A stretch of DNA of 64,000 bases from Octopus vulgaris (GCA_951406725.2 OX597821.1:25916001-25980000), one strand, 5' to 3'. Shown: positions 1 through 12,576, numbered from the stretch's first letter. Notes: generated from the letters alone by a model not told the origin. Numbers and translations: made by a program.

Positions 1-603
1 TCTCAGCCATGACAAATCTACATCATATAAAGGTGTATATTCTATTTTTCGCCTCACTTTCTTTCTGACAACTTCTAATCCAAGAGAGAATTTTTTAGTA
101 GATTGACAAAATCCTTAGTCTCCGATAAAATACCTTGAGGTTGCAGTCTTTTGCATTTTCAATTAAAATTCTGTAGTAGCAATATAATTTACTTTAACAT
201 TCTCACAAATATGTAGCATCCTTTAGTTATGGAAATCAACATTTAATTCTAACTTTAAACTATACATCACCTTTTCCGATATCTGTTCTTTTCCCATAAA
301 TTTTCCATTACTTGATTTTACCCTATTTTAGTTAGCTTGGGTCCCTAGTCCAATTTAGTAGTCATAAGAGTTTCCTGTTTTGGGAGTTAGTCAGATATTT
401 GTGATGGAAGTTTCTTGATTAATGTTTTCTTTCCTCGTTAACATTATAGCAAGTTGCTGTATGCTTTTGAATACCTGTGAAATAATAAAAAAAAAACCGT
501 ACTTGAATAACAGGTAAGGTAACAGCCATAAAACCCTGCCTCAAATAAGTCTCTATCATAGAGAAACAGGCACTAAGTGAATAAATGTATTTATACATGG
601 GAA

Positions 604-636
<33 letters not shown>

Positions 637-1189
637 AATCATTATCATTTTATGCTGCCCATGCTGGAATGGATAAGACAAGTCACTATGGTCTGAATTA
701 TTTCTAATTCAGTGTTACTACCCTCCAAGATAGGTTTGAAGGGCCATGTCTTGCATTGTATTTTTGGCTTAGTTTCTATGATTGAATGTCTTTCTTACCA
801 TCAGAAATATTAAATGGATGAGATGAACAGTGAATTGGATTGACTGTGAAAAGCAGTAGTGAAGGAGGCATGGGTGTTAATATCCTTAGGGTGGCTTGGA
901 CAAATATTTTAGAATGTATTTCTGTTCATGTAAGCAAGGTGTAAATCACTGATTTGGCATTTAGGTACATACCAATTGTCTGGCAGATCTTAAGTATCTG
1001 TCTCTTCTTCACTAAACACAATCCTCATCTGCCATTGGAGCAAGGTTTATGTTTCACTAATAGCCTCCATTTGATGTCATAGTCTTCAGCTTTCTCCCTC
1101 AAAACTTTATGTTCTTCAGTATTCCATATTGCTAGGGTGTATCAGAGAACATCAAGATGTGGGTAAGAAGTGAGTGCAGATGAATAATG

Positions 1190-1880
1190 ATATGCTTGCA
1201 CTTAATGACTCTGAAAAGGAAGAAGGATGGAAGTACTACCATGAAAGATTATTAAATGTGGAGAATGCATGGGAAAAGGGAGACTTCCTACTGTGAACTC
1301 TAGAGAGGGACCAGGTATCCTAGTTGATTGCAGTAATATAGATAAGGTATTTAAAGATATGAAGACAGAGGAAAGCCCCTAGTCCATTGGGAATTACTGT
1401 TGAGATCTAGTCACCTGTATAGTTAATCAGGTTATTCAGGAAGGTGTCATCCCCAGTAAGTGGTGTAGCAGCATTATAGTCAGATACTACAAGGATGAGA
1501 GGGATACCTTAGGTAGAAATGATTATAGAGGTATCAAATTGCTGGACCAGTTCATGACAGTTACAGAGAGAGCTATAGTTCAATTAATTAGGAATAGAAT
1601 TAGACTTGAGGAGATGCTAATGAGCAATACTGCTGCTATCTATTTAGTCAAAAAACTGCAGGAGAAGTATTTAATTAAGGGTAAACCATTGCACTTGGCA
1701 TTTGTTGACCTGGTCAAAGCCTTCAGCGGAATCCCTTGTTCCATGATGTGGTTTTCTCTGAGGAAGCTAGGGATAGATGTGAAAGCCATATACAAGGGTG
1801 TTGTCAGTAAAGTGATAGTTAGCCATGAGTTCAGCAGTGGATTTAGAGTATAGATATGAGTGCATCAGAGCTTGGACCTG
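1190..1880 (+). mobile_element. Degenerate RTE-clade LINE reverse transcriptase fragment
   Basis: ORF 1539-1853 contains LQEKYLIKGKPLHLAFVDLVKAF..IP..MMWFSLRKLG, a typical RTE RT segment. Flanking frames carry stops and frameshifts. Confidence 0.8.
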
Positions 1881-2612
1881 CTCTGATAGGGGCATATAAT
1901 GCATATGGAAGATAACTGTTGCATAAAAAAGCACTCCTAAATTAATGGAGCTTTTGGAAGAAGAAGGGTGATGACAGATGGACTGTATTGATGGTGACAG
2001 ATGGTGCTGTAGAAGACTTGACCTCCTAAAGGGTAGTGTTTATATGTTGAGATATATTGTACCCTGACAATCCTACATTTGCTGTCCTCTCACCTCACAT
2101 CCTTGCCCACCCACCCATGTCTTATCTTCTTCTTTCACCTTTCTTATCACTCCTAGACTTTCTATCTGTCATCTCCCTATCACCTGTCCTGACTATCCTT
2201 ATTGCTATCCTCACCTTACTGGTCCTCTCTTCGTTCACTAAGCCTGTATATAAGAAGCTGCATTGGATCACTCTCACTCTCCTACCCTATACACTCCAAT
2301 ATTGCTCTGCTGTGTTACCAGCCATCACTCTTTCTCTTCTTGCTTACCTTTATTGCCACCCATCATTTACTCTTGCCTTTATCTCATTACCTGCCTTTTT
2401 TTCCACTTCTGCTATTGCCAATAATTCCCCTCCTGATTCTATCACCAAATATCCCAGCATTTTTTACATCATAGTCTTGGTCTTTCACCCTTCCACCCTT
2501 TCTGGTTCTTTTGATGTTATTAGTCTACCTGATTAAATGTATATACTCGAGCCTATTGGATACCCTTTACTCTTGCATTTACATTCCTAACTCTCCTGTC
2601 AACTACCCATTT

Positions 2613-2843
2613 CTTATTTCTTTATTGCCCACAAGGGGCTAAACACAGAGGGGACAAACAAGGACAAACAAATGGATTAAGTCGATTATATTGACCCCAG
2701 TGCATAATTGGTACTTATTTAATCAACCTCGAAAGGATGAAAGGCAAAGTCGACCTCGGCAGAATTTGAACTCAGAACGTAGCAGCAGATGAAATACCCC
2801 TAAGCATATCGCCCGACGTGCTAACGTCTCTGCCAGCTCGCCA
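2613..2843 (-). mobile_element. tRNA-derived SINE, family B (ggcgagctggcaga... head)
   Basis: Reverse complement of the family-B unit, with a B-box-like gagttcaaattc and the central ctttgcctttcatcctttcg..gtcga..aaataagtacca. Related copies lie near 15100, 19445, 21400, 30440, 35800, 36820, 38630 and 54610. Confidence 0.85.
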
Positions 2844-3565
2844 CCTACCGTTTCATCAAGTACCATTTCTTACCTTTCTAATGTCATTGCCCTCTCTCCT
2901 TCACTGTCCATGCTCATTAGCTTTCTGTGTACTCTGCATTTACTGTCCTACAAGGTACCCTGCCTCCTGTGTTGATGTGGAAATTACAACCCCTCCCCCC
3001 ATTCCCTGTGCTTTCTCTACAGTGAATGGTGAACAAGACCTTTCTAGTGCTGGTGTCATGAAAAATGCATATATGCATGCAATGCACTCTCTAACATGGT
3101 TAGTAAATGAGCTGAGAAAGTCGAGGTTGTGAAATCCATTTACACCTGTCTCGCTGGAGACAATTCAACTTCTTTGATATTGGTGCCATGAGAAAATGCT
3201 CCAAGTACATGCTGTGAAGTGCTGTGAAGATAGGAAGGCCATTCAGCTGCAGGAAACAAACTAAATGACATGTACAAGGACAAATTCTAATTGGGAACTA
3301 CTGCTCCCAATAAGAACTGACGTGTGTGTGTGTATATATATGATGTTATTGTACACATAATGTTATTGTACTGAAGTGATTATGCATTTGATCATTTTAT
3401 GTATATACTAGACTACCCATGACCTGTTGGGTCATCGAGAATGTCTGAATTTCCCAGCAACAGAGTTTTGTTCCTTGGATTTTTTTCCTTTTCCAAGTTA
3501 TTTCGCATGCTTTCAATGAATGTGACATCAAAATCATGCGTAAATGGCTCCTTTCCCCAGAAAAG

Positions 3566-3659
3566 AAAGATTTGGCTGCTATTTTTTGCATGCCCTGCTA
3601 CCACGTAACAGGTATTATCACAAGTAGAAGGGCATGCTAGAAATAGCAGCCAAATCTTT
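3566..3659. repeat. 94-nt inverted repeat (36-bp arms, 22-nt loop)
   Basis: aaagatttggctgctattttttgcatgccctgctac pairs with gtagaagggcatgctagaaatagcagccaaatcttt with 3 mismatches. Confidence 0.85.
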
Positions 3660-5086
3660 GGAGGTGAGATACGTTGAATGCACTAAAAAAAAACCTATGG
3701 ACAAAAATTATTTCACACAGAGGTTACAAACAGGCCTTTTTACAAAATATTTACCATATTTTTAAAGTCATTTTCACTTTAAAATATTTTTTAAATATGC
3801 CAAAGAAAAATTTTGTAATGGTATCCACTTGGAAATAATTTTAAAGAAAATTAAAATATTGTCTGTTTAAAGAAAGCTAAAATATAAATACTTACTGTAA
3901 AAACAATTTAAATTTTTGAAATCACATTCACTTAAAAATATTTCTAAATGATTAAAATACTGTTTAACAAAAATAAAAATAGAAACATTTACTGTAAAAA
4001 ACAAATCATATTTTTTCATTGTCAAGTCACTGTGTTTAATCGAAAGGTAAGAGTTTCTTCTCTTTCAGGGTTAAGTTATTTTCAGAGAGTTTTCCCATTA
4101 TGCACTGTTTTGGGTATTTATATCTTGTAAACCCATAATATCTCAATAACCAGTTGTTCGATTTACACAATACTTGTTTTATTCTGTTCATGTTCACATT
4201 TCAGGGCAACTTAATTCATAGCACTTTCCGATTATGTGTCAGTTTGGCTGAGTAACATTGCAAGCAAGCAAGCAAAATTTAAGCTCGCTTTTAAAGCATT
4301 ATAGATACTGTACATCTATAATTATTGTGTAATTACTTGTGTATGTACAGGGTGTGGTGAATAAACTGTTGTCTAAATTATTCAAAAATGAAATTAACAT
4401 TGACATCTCATTTTAATATATATTTACCAAAATTTCATAGAAATATCTTGAAATATTCAAGAGTAAATTTATTCAATAAAATCACCATTGGCTTCAACCA
4501 TGGCCTCCAGATGACTTTGGAATCTCCTGCAACTCTTCTCATCATTGGATTTAACATCCACTGTTCCATACGTAGGTCAGATGAAATTTATTGAGGCACA
4601 TTTTTTACAGCTGGATACCTTTCTAGTCACCAGTCCCCACCTGTTTCCAATTAAGGTAATATTTCCCATGACCAGGTGGAAGATTGGGAACAAAGGACAC
4701 TGCTTGCATATTGGCGACATTCATTTACAGCTATCACATAATGTCAATGCAAGGAGACAGTAACACACACACACACACACACACATGTATAATAGGCTTC
4801 TTTCACAGTTCACATGTACCAAATCTACTCACAAAGCTTTGGTTAGCTTGTAGCTATAATAGAAACCATTTGCCCAAGGTGTCACACAGTGGGACTGAAC
4901 CTGAAACTATATGGTTTGGAAGCAAACTTCTCAGAACATCTTCACGATGTAATCCTCTCCTATCACTGGGAACAGCTCTTCAAATTATGTTTGTTTATTG
5001 AGTCAGTTACACTCATAGGGATGTGAAACAGATGACTGGTACAATTATTTAATCAAATTTTAGGGCCATTTTCTAATACAGTAGAT

Positions 5087-5265
5087 CAGTGATCCCCAAA
5101 CTATGAGTCGAGAACGGAATCTTGGTGGGTCGCAAAAAGTTATAAAATTACGCATTAGCTTTGATTAACTGCTGTTTATGATTTTACTCAGTAGAGTTAA
5201 GTGGGTCGTCATAAACTGGTGTGATAAATAGTGGGTCACGACTCCAAAAAGTTTGGGAACCACTG
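5087..5265. mobile_element. hAT-type MITE (179 bp)
   Basis: TIRs cagtgatccccaaact / agtttgggaaccactg. Perfect 8-bp TSD cagtagat at 5079-5086 and 5266-5273. Confidence 0.9.
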
Positions 5266-5289
5266 CAGTAGATGAAACCAAAGCCAGTC

Positions 5290-6600
5290 TTTGTAATGCT
5301 TTTGGCAAATTTGAGGGCAGTCTGCAGGTGTAACTGCAGGATAGATAGTAATTTTCAATGTCAAACTGGATAATTATTGTCTTGTGTTTATCTTCAACCA
5401 GTTCATCGCCTTGGGTATGCTAATCCCCAGGATGGAGTTGGGTATGTTGTTTGATAATGGTATAATTCTATCCAGAAAGGCGGCAAGCTGGCAGAAACGT
5501 TAGCACGCCGGGCGAAATGCGTAGCCGTATTTCGTCTGCCGTTATGTTCTGAGTTCAAATTCCGCCGAGGTTTGCTCTGCCTTTCAACCTTTCGGGGTCG
5601 ATTAAATAAGTACCAGTTACAGACTGGGGTCGATATAATCGACTTAATCCATTTGTCTGTCCTTGTTTGTCCTCTCTCTGTTTAGCCCCTTGTGAGTAGT
5701 AAAGAAATAGGTATTTTGTCTGTCGCTACGTTCTGAGTTCAAATTCCGCCGAGGTTGGCTCTGCCTTTCATCCTTTCGGGGTCGATTAAATAAGTACCAG
5801 TTACAGACTGGGGGTCGATATAATTGACTTAATCCGTTTGTCTGTCCTTGTTTGTCCTCTCTCTGTTTAGCCCCTTGTGAGTAGTAAAGAAATAGGTATT
5901 TCGTCTGCCGCTACGTTCTGAGTTCAAATTCTGCCGAGGTTGGCTCTGCTTTTCATCCTTTCGGGGTTCAATTAAATAAGTACCAGTTACGGACTGGGGT
6001 CGATATAATCGACTTAATCCGTTTGTCTGTCCTTGTTTGTCCTCTCTCTGTTTAGCCTCTTGTGAGTAGTAAAGAAATAGGTATAATTCTATCCAGAATA
6101 TTTTTACTGATATAATTGGTATCAGATATATCAGGTTGATGAGAGAGAAGTCTGGTTTGTGATCTTTCACAAAAAGTTCAGTTTGCTCACAGTAAGATTC
6201 ACTGGTTCAGTTCAGTCTTTTATGCTGAAATAGGAGGTCATTTGGTATCTTTCATTATTAAAGCCATACAGCATAATATTTGATGCTTTTCCATACTTGG
6301 AAGTCAACTTGTTTCATAAATTAATGGCAGTAGTCATAGATTCCATGGAATAAGTTTCCAGTCTTGTTCAAGTAGATGAGTTCATATTTCATGTGATGCA
6401 AATTTGCAGATTTTTTTTTTCTTCTTTAGGTTCTGCTGAAATTTGTTTGTTTGTTTCCTGAAAGTAGTTAATTTGGTAAGAGGTTTGCTTCCAAGTTGGC
6501 TTGAAGAGTATTGGGGGCTGGTTTAAGTCCTGAAACTGGATTTTGGCTGGTTATAGTCATGATGTTGTTCTCAATTATTATAGAAGGTATGCTGTCTTAG
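5290..6600 (-). mobile_element. Degenerate Penelope-like RT fragment, interrupted by a tandem SINE
   Basis: With the SINE removed, minus-strand frames read DKTGNL..., VKDHKPDF..., ISKNILDRII..., MNWLK...IIQFDIENYY. These resemble the N-terminal RT motifs of Penelope-like elements. Confidence 0.65.
5478..6082 (+). mobile_element. Family-B SINE as a partial head-to-tail trimer
   Basis: One head followed by three units of about 185 bp starting at 5527, 5711 and 5896. Flanked by the direct repeat ggtataattctatccagaa (5459-5477 and 6080-6098). Confidence 0.9.
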
Positions 6601-6656
6601 TCACCTGATGAATGTGTTCGGCTTTTGCATTAGGATTTTAAGGTATACGTTACTCA

Positions 6657-6810
6657 TGTGGTGTGTGTGTGTGTGTGTGTGTGTGTGTACACATACATAC
6701 ATACATATACATTTAAATTTATATATAGATGTCTGGCTATACATATATGTGTATATACAAATAAGGATATATATATATAAATGCATGTATATGTATATTT
6801 GTGTGTGTGC

Positions 6811-6857
<47 letters not shown>

Positions 6858-7055
6858 CACACACATGTATTTATATACATATATATGTAATGGATATATA
6901 TGTCTATGAATATATGTATGTACATATGTATATTACTATGTATGTATAAACATGTACATATGTATATATTGATGCACATATATGTACATATGTATATATT
7001 TATGCATATGTATATGTGTATACACACACACACACATGTAGATGTGTGTGTCTGT
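6657..7055. repeat. Compound (TG)n/(TA)n/(CA)n low-complexity microsatellite
   Basis: Direct reading. It produces the spurious YI/CV/TH ORFs. Confidence 0.95.
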
Positions 7056-7350
7056 GTGATTAGTGTCAATATATTTACCTTCTGTAGACTCGATAAAATG
7101 TCTCTTTATCAATTGTGTGTTGCAGTAGAGAATTGCCATAAAATAACAAACAAGGTGTAATATCTTTATCTCATTCTTCGATCAGACTGCAGTTGCAATG
7201 CTGCCAAAAAAACATTGCACTTGACGTCATGTTAGGAAGATTTCCAGCATAATTAGAAACTATTAACTACAAGTTTTTACTAACTACAAATGCTACAGAA
7301 TCTGGCAGCCTCTCATAAACTCTCTCTCTCTCTCCTCTTTCGCTCCCCCT

Positions 7351-7381
<31 letters not shown>

Positions 7382-7665
7382 TTCTCTTAGTCTCTGTCTG
7401 CCTGTCTCTGTCTCTCTCTCACTTGCTCTTATTCTCTCTCTCTTTCCCACCCTCTCTCTTTCTCTCAGCAATTCAGTCATGTTGGTTCAAAGGTAAATTG
7501 TGTTTGGACAGCAACTGAATGTTTAGACAGTTTTTTTAGTGGATGTTTCTAGGTCTGAGACAACTTTATCAATAGAATATTATTATGTATATTGATCACA
7601 TTGTTTTGTCTTTTTATCTACACTGTTTTTTCTTGATATATTTTTCACATCTTTCAACTATCATC

Positions 7666-7704
<39 letters not shown>

Positions 7705-8026
7705 ATATCTGGCTTGGACTGAATTCACAAACCTTTTGTTTGTATTAGATTTTAATGCACTAATGCACTGTCCCGTAGTCCCATGCAGTAGGTACATAAG
7801 TACATATATATGTATATCAGACATAGAGGTAATTTGCTTTCATTTCAATCCTCAAAGCCTTATTGTGTGCTACACAGTAAATGCTTCGTTTACTGCTGTC
7901 TGGTCTCCTGTAGTACTATTACCTGCTACTTCTTCCAATTTCTTGCTTTCCTTTACAATTCTCTAATCTATCTTGGGAACGTCCTTCTAAAACAGTTTGT
8001 AATATCTATTGAACTACATACATATT

Positions 8027-8243
8027 ACTCTTTTACTCTTTTACTTGTTTCTGTCTTGTGATTGTGGCCATGCTGGAGCACTGCCTTTAGTCGAGCAAAG
8101 CGACCCCCAGGACTTATTCTTTGCAAGCCTAATACTCATTCTATCGGTCTCTTTTGCCGAACCGCTAAGTTACGGGGACATAAACACACCAGCATCAGTT
8201 GTCAAGCGATGTTGAGGAGACAAACAAAGACACACAAACATAT

Positions 8244-8311
<68 letters not shown>

Positions 8312-8474
8312 GATGGGCTTCTTTCAGTTTCCGTCTACCAAATCCACTCAGAAGGCTTTGGTTAGCCCGAGGCTATATCAGAAGGCACTCACCCAAGGTG
8401 CCATGCAGTGGGATTGTACCCGGAACCATGTAGTTGGTAAGCAAGCTACTTACCACACAGCCACTCCTACGCCT
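8027..8474 (-). mobile_element. tRNA-derived SINE, family A (about 400-450 bp, internal CA/TA microsatellite)
   Basis: Head aggagtggctgtgtggtaagtagcttgcttaccaac..catggttccggg, CORE-like ccttggg..agtg, tail gaaacaagtaaaagagtaaaagag. More than 15 full or partial copies in the window. Confidence 0.9.
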
Positions 8475-8739
8475 ACGCATGTTGTATAAAATCTGAATTT
8501 ATCATTTCCCTCTGATCAGATTTCCATTAATCTTCTATTGTAGTCATCCTGCTAATCCTTTTTTTAATCCTTATGTCATCATGTTTCTGTTGAAATACAT
8601 TGCCTTGGTTTCAGTTAATTTTGTAAAAATTGAAGAATCTAGTTAAATAAGTTTGTTGTTATTAATCTGGTGTTTGAAATTTGAATTAGCATGAAATTTT
8701 TATGGAGGGTTAGGAAGCCATCAAAGACCCAGAAAGTCT

Positions 8740-9533
8740 ATGGTTTGACAAGAATTAGACTGTCTCTATTTTATTTATTAGAAATTAACTTTCATAGTGA
8801 GGAAGCTCAAACAGTTTAAAGGGACAAAAATACCCTATTGAGCTTTATGTTATTATGTAAATTTGGAGGCGCAATGGCCCAGTGGTTAGGGCAGCGGACT
8901 CGCGGTAATAGGATTGCGGTTTCGATTCCCAGACCGGGCGTTGTGAGTGTTTATTGAGCGAAAACACCTAAAAGCTCCACGAGGCTCCGGCAGGGATGAT
9001 GGTGATCCCTGTTGTACTCTTTCACCACAACTGTCTCTCACTCTTACTTCCTGTTTCTGTTGTACCTGTATTTCAAGGGGCCAGCCTTGTCACTCTCTGT
9101 GTCACGCTGAATATCCCCGAGAACTACGTTAAGGGTACACGTGTCTGTGGAGTGCTCAGCCACTTACACGTTAATTTCACGAGCAGGCTGTTCTGTTGAT
9201 TCGGATCAACCGGAACCCTCATCGTTGTAACCGACGGAGTGCTTCCATCCATTATGTAAATTTATTATTATTTAATTTACTTTTTAAATTAGTATATTAG
9301 TTGTTATTGAGATTTATTTAAAATTAACTATGGTTGGGGTGATCAAGGAATAAGATGTTGAATTAGTGAATTAGTTTAACTTCCTTGAAATATAAGTTTT
9401 ATACAATGATAAACAAAATCTTTTGCTTATAAGGTAAGTTACCAGAGGGATAACAGCATAATTTTTTTTTTTTTTTGAGAGTTCATATTGGAAAAAGAGA
9501 TTACAACCTTGATGTTGGATTAAAATTAACCTT
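8740..9533 (+). pseudogene. rrnL: NUMT: nuclear copy of part of the mitochondrial 16S rRNA gene, split by a SINE
   Basis: Collinear 16S motifs: atggtttgac, ctgtctct, gggacaaaaataccctattgagctt, ggttggggtgatcaaggaataa, aagttaccagagggataacagcataat, gagagttcatatt, acaaccttgatgttggattaa. Conserved CpGs have decayed. Confidence 0.9.
8865..9250 (+). mobile_element. tRNA-derived SINE, family D, full length
   Basis: A-box-like tggcccagtgg and B-box-like gtttcgattcc. Perfect 13-bp TSD attatgtaaattt at 8852-8864 and 9251-9263. CpGs largely intact. Confidence 0.9.
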
Positions 9534-9557
9534 AATCATGTAAATGTAGCCTTGTAA

Positions 9558-10083
9558 TCCATCCACCCATCCATCCATCTATCCACCCATCCATCCATCC
9601 ATCCACCCATCCATCCACCCACCCATCCATCCATCCATCCACCCACCCACCCATCCATCCATCCATCCATCCACTCATCCACCCATCCATCCACCCACTC
9701 ATCCATCCACCCATCCATCCACCCACTCATCCATCCACCTATCCACCCATCCACCCACCCACTCCATCCACCATCCACCCATCCATCCATCCACCCATCC
9801 ATCCATCCACCAATCCATCCACCCATCCACCCATCCATCCCTCCATCCACCCATCCACCCACTCATCCATCCATCCACCCACTCATCCATCCATCCATCC
9901 ATCCATCCATCCATCCAAGCATCCACCCACCCATCCATCCATCCACCCATCCATCCATCCATCCACCCATCCATCCATCCAAGCATCAACCCACCCACCC
10001 ATCCATCCATCCCACCCATCCATCCACCCACCCATCCATCCATCCACCCATCCATCCACCCACCCACCCATCCATCCATCCAT
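9558..10083. repeat. (CCAT/CCAC)n tetranucleotide microsatellite, about 525 bp
   Basis: Direct reading. Confidence 0.97.
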
Positions 10084-11169
10084 GTCTTGGCTAGGTTTTG
10101 CTACTGCACAGCAATTTACTCCTGTGGTATCTTATTTCTGTCACTGCTTCAATAAATTATGTTTTATACCCTAGTAACACATTAAAACCACTGTTAATTT
10201 ATATAAAAACAATTGTGAGGGAAGAGTTACTTTTTAGTTTGCATTTTCTTACTTTTTTGTTTTTTTGGCTCACATTTTTACCGAAAGACATTATCAGAGT
10301 GAATTTCGGTGTTTTTAGGTGTCATGTTTCTGTTTACAAACAGCAGCTTCACTGGTGAAGACAGATTTTGACTGATGTTGCAGACATCTGATGCTGGTAG
10401 TAGTAATGGTGGTGGTGAAGCTTCTTTTGTAAGTGAAGCAGTGCTGGCCTGTAGCTGTTGCTTTTTGATATATTGGTATTTTAATACATTTCTCTGCAAT
10501 ACAGTAGTATGTCGAAGGATGTTTGGTTTATCAGTGTTTCCTTTCTACTAAATTGCATGCAATTATATACAGAGTTTTTATAATCTTATAAACCATAGCT
10601 ACACTCATAAGTGAGTAGGATCTAGTAGCATAGTACCATGCTTTTGATATCTGTTTTTGGTGCCTGTGAGCAAGAACAGGCAGCCTCTCTGCTCCTCCTA
10701 CCTCATTGACCAGTGAAATATTGTGAAGTTGACAGTCGGAGAGTGAGAAGGTTGCACCCACCAGTACATGGCTAGTATTCATGTTCAGCGGAGTTGACTG
10801 CTTTCAGCTGAGTTCACTGGAGTATTTTGAAATGAAGCGTCTGGCACAAGGACACATCATGCTATCAGATCTAGGAATTGAATTCATGAGTTTAAAATCT
10901 GGAGTTTAGCTCCCAAACCACTAGGATATGAACCATCGCTTACATAATTTTATATAGGTTAAATATTATCCTGATAGACCCAGATTTAGGAACTTTTGAT
11001 TCGATTAGAAAGCCTTTCATGAGGTCTGTTTAGTTAATAACTGATGTTTAGACTGCCACAGAATAAAGGAAGGTACAAAGGTAAGATAGACTCTATTAAA
11101 TCACAGTATCAACCAGACCATCACTTGCTATCATACACCACTGGTCCCAATGTACTTGTAATTCTACCT

Positions 11170-11540
11170 TGATTGCACCATTCTTTTCCATCTTGACCCA
11201 AATCACTTAACTAAATCATTTTCCCTTCACCATGAAGGCCCTTCCAGTTGGCCTTTTCAGGTCTTTCAGATACCGCTTGCCAACTGCATATGTCCACTTG
11301 TTGTCTGTGAGCCTTGCGACATGTTCAGTTCTGCAAAACTTGTGCATTTGAAGATCTGTAATCATGTTGTTCACTCCACTCCATTCTTAAATTATCTTAT
11401 TTCAAACATGTTGTTGTAATGATATTCCTGGCACGAATCTTGTCCATGGATTTTTGTGTCATAGCCAATCAATGTTCTGTCCTCTTTGTGGCAACCTAAG
11501 TCTCATTTGTGTATAAGAACACAGGTATGTAAATCATACT
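11170..11540 (-). mobile_element. RTE-clade LINE C-terminal fragment
   Basis: Minus strand reads TEHVARLTDNKW followed by an R-P-x-R-P-like stretch, resembling the RTE WAGHVARxxDxRW..RxxGRP motif. Confidence 0.65.
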
Positions 11541-11546
11541 AATGTA

Positions 11547-11579
<33 letters not shown>

Positions 11580-11925
11580 TTGATGATGATATCATCAATA
11601 TTGTAAGTCAATGATACCACCAGTGCGTTATTAATATGTCCATGAAGAGTATTATTAACGATGACTAGATTTTGTCAATGAGCTTATAGCTAAACTGGAT
11701 ATGTACAGTGGAAAACTAATCATGAAATGCATATATACTTACACACACGCACACATTCGTTTTGGCCACTTCTTCATTCTTGAGTTCAGCTGTTGGTTGA
11801 AACATTTCAGAATTGATCTCATGCACGACCATCATTAGTGAATCAGGCTCGCTAGTGACCTACTCTTCTTTGGCATAGATGTTATATACATACATTCATA
11901 CCATCATCATCATCTCAGTCATCAT

Positions 11926-12345
11926 GGATCTTTTCGGTTTGAACGGCAGTTTTTAACATAATTTCTAGCTAACTAAAAAATTTTCAACTTCGTATACTGG
12001 TAGAATGTGTTTATAAAACATCTTTTTCTCTTGGTTTTATTGAGAAAATTCTATAGTTTGTAAGATATTTGTTGTTGTTCTTTTCTTCAATTTCTGCAAT
12101 TTCAACCAATCACTGACGTCCATTGAAGTAAAAAAACATTCTGTGCCGTATGAATATGTCCCTCGTTTAAGAAACAGATTGGGTTTATTTACATTTCTGA
12201 AGAAAAAAAGATACCCTTCCCCCCAGCCCTAACCCTAACCCTAAAACAGATTGAAATGCAATAGATCGATTCTAGGGTCATAATTATGGGTGACAATTTC
12301 ATATGACACCGCTAGAAAAAACTGCCGTTCAAACCGAAAAGATCC
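11926..12345 (+). mobile_element. 420-bp MITE with 29-bp GG-terminated TIRs and internal (CCCTAA)3, copy 1
   Basis: TIR ggatcttttcggtttgaacggcagttttt is perfectly inverted at the right end. The 8-bp flanks gtcatcat/atcatcat differ at one position. Confidence 0.9.
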
Positions 12346-12363
12346 ATCATCATTATCATTTAA

Positions 12364-12576
12364 CCCTTTAGCATTTAAATCGGCCATATCCAGCCAATAT
12401 AGTTTACTTGTTTGATGTTCATATTGGATAGATCCAGCCTTTTGTACATAGCCTACAATGTCATTCAAGAAATAAAGTCATTGAAATCTTGAAGCTCTGA
12501 GATAATGCATGATTAATTCAAAACAATGTGAATAAATAAGCACTACATTTGACAGAGAAATCTGAGTGCTTAAGGG
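12364..12576. mobile_element. piggyBac-like MITE
   Basis: TTAA|ccctttagca ... tgcttaaggg|TTAA. Related copies at about 16600-16820 and 25575-25795. Confidence 0.75.

Noticed and set aside
2057-2536. 159-aa hydrophobic ORF
   Set aside because: Pyrimidine-rich low-complexity tract with a non-ATG start and no recognisable motif.
8062-8433. Recurrent ORFs such as RWASFSFRLPNPLTRLWSARGYSRRH
   Set aside because: They are antisense translations of family-A SINE copies, not a protein family.
8865-8940. tRNA gene
   Set aside because: It is the tRNA-like head of a SINE with a TSD and does not form a complete cloverleaf.
8740-9533. Functional rRNA gene or mitochondrial contamination
   Set aside because: Fragmentary, mutated at conserved positions and interrupted by a nuclear SINE.
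9532-10083. MDGW-repeat ORFs
   Set aside because: They are translations of the (GGAT/GGGT)n microsatellite.
10319-10435. Possible upstream ATG10 exon with ag/gtaagt signals
   Set aside because: Stops occur in all three frames from the strong acceptor and there is no ATG10 similarity.
12227-12244. Telomeric repeats as a chromosome end or fusion scar
   Set aside because: Only 2-5 units, always at the same internal position of a MITE.
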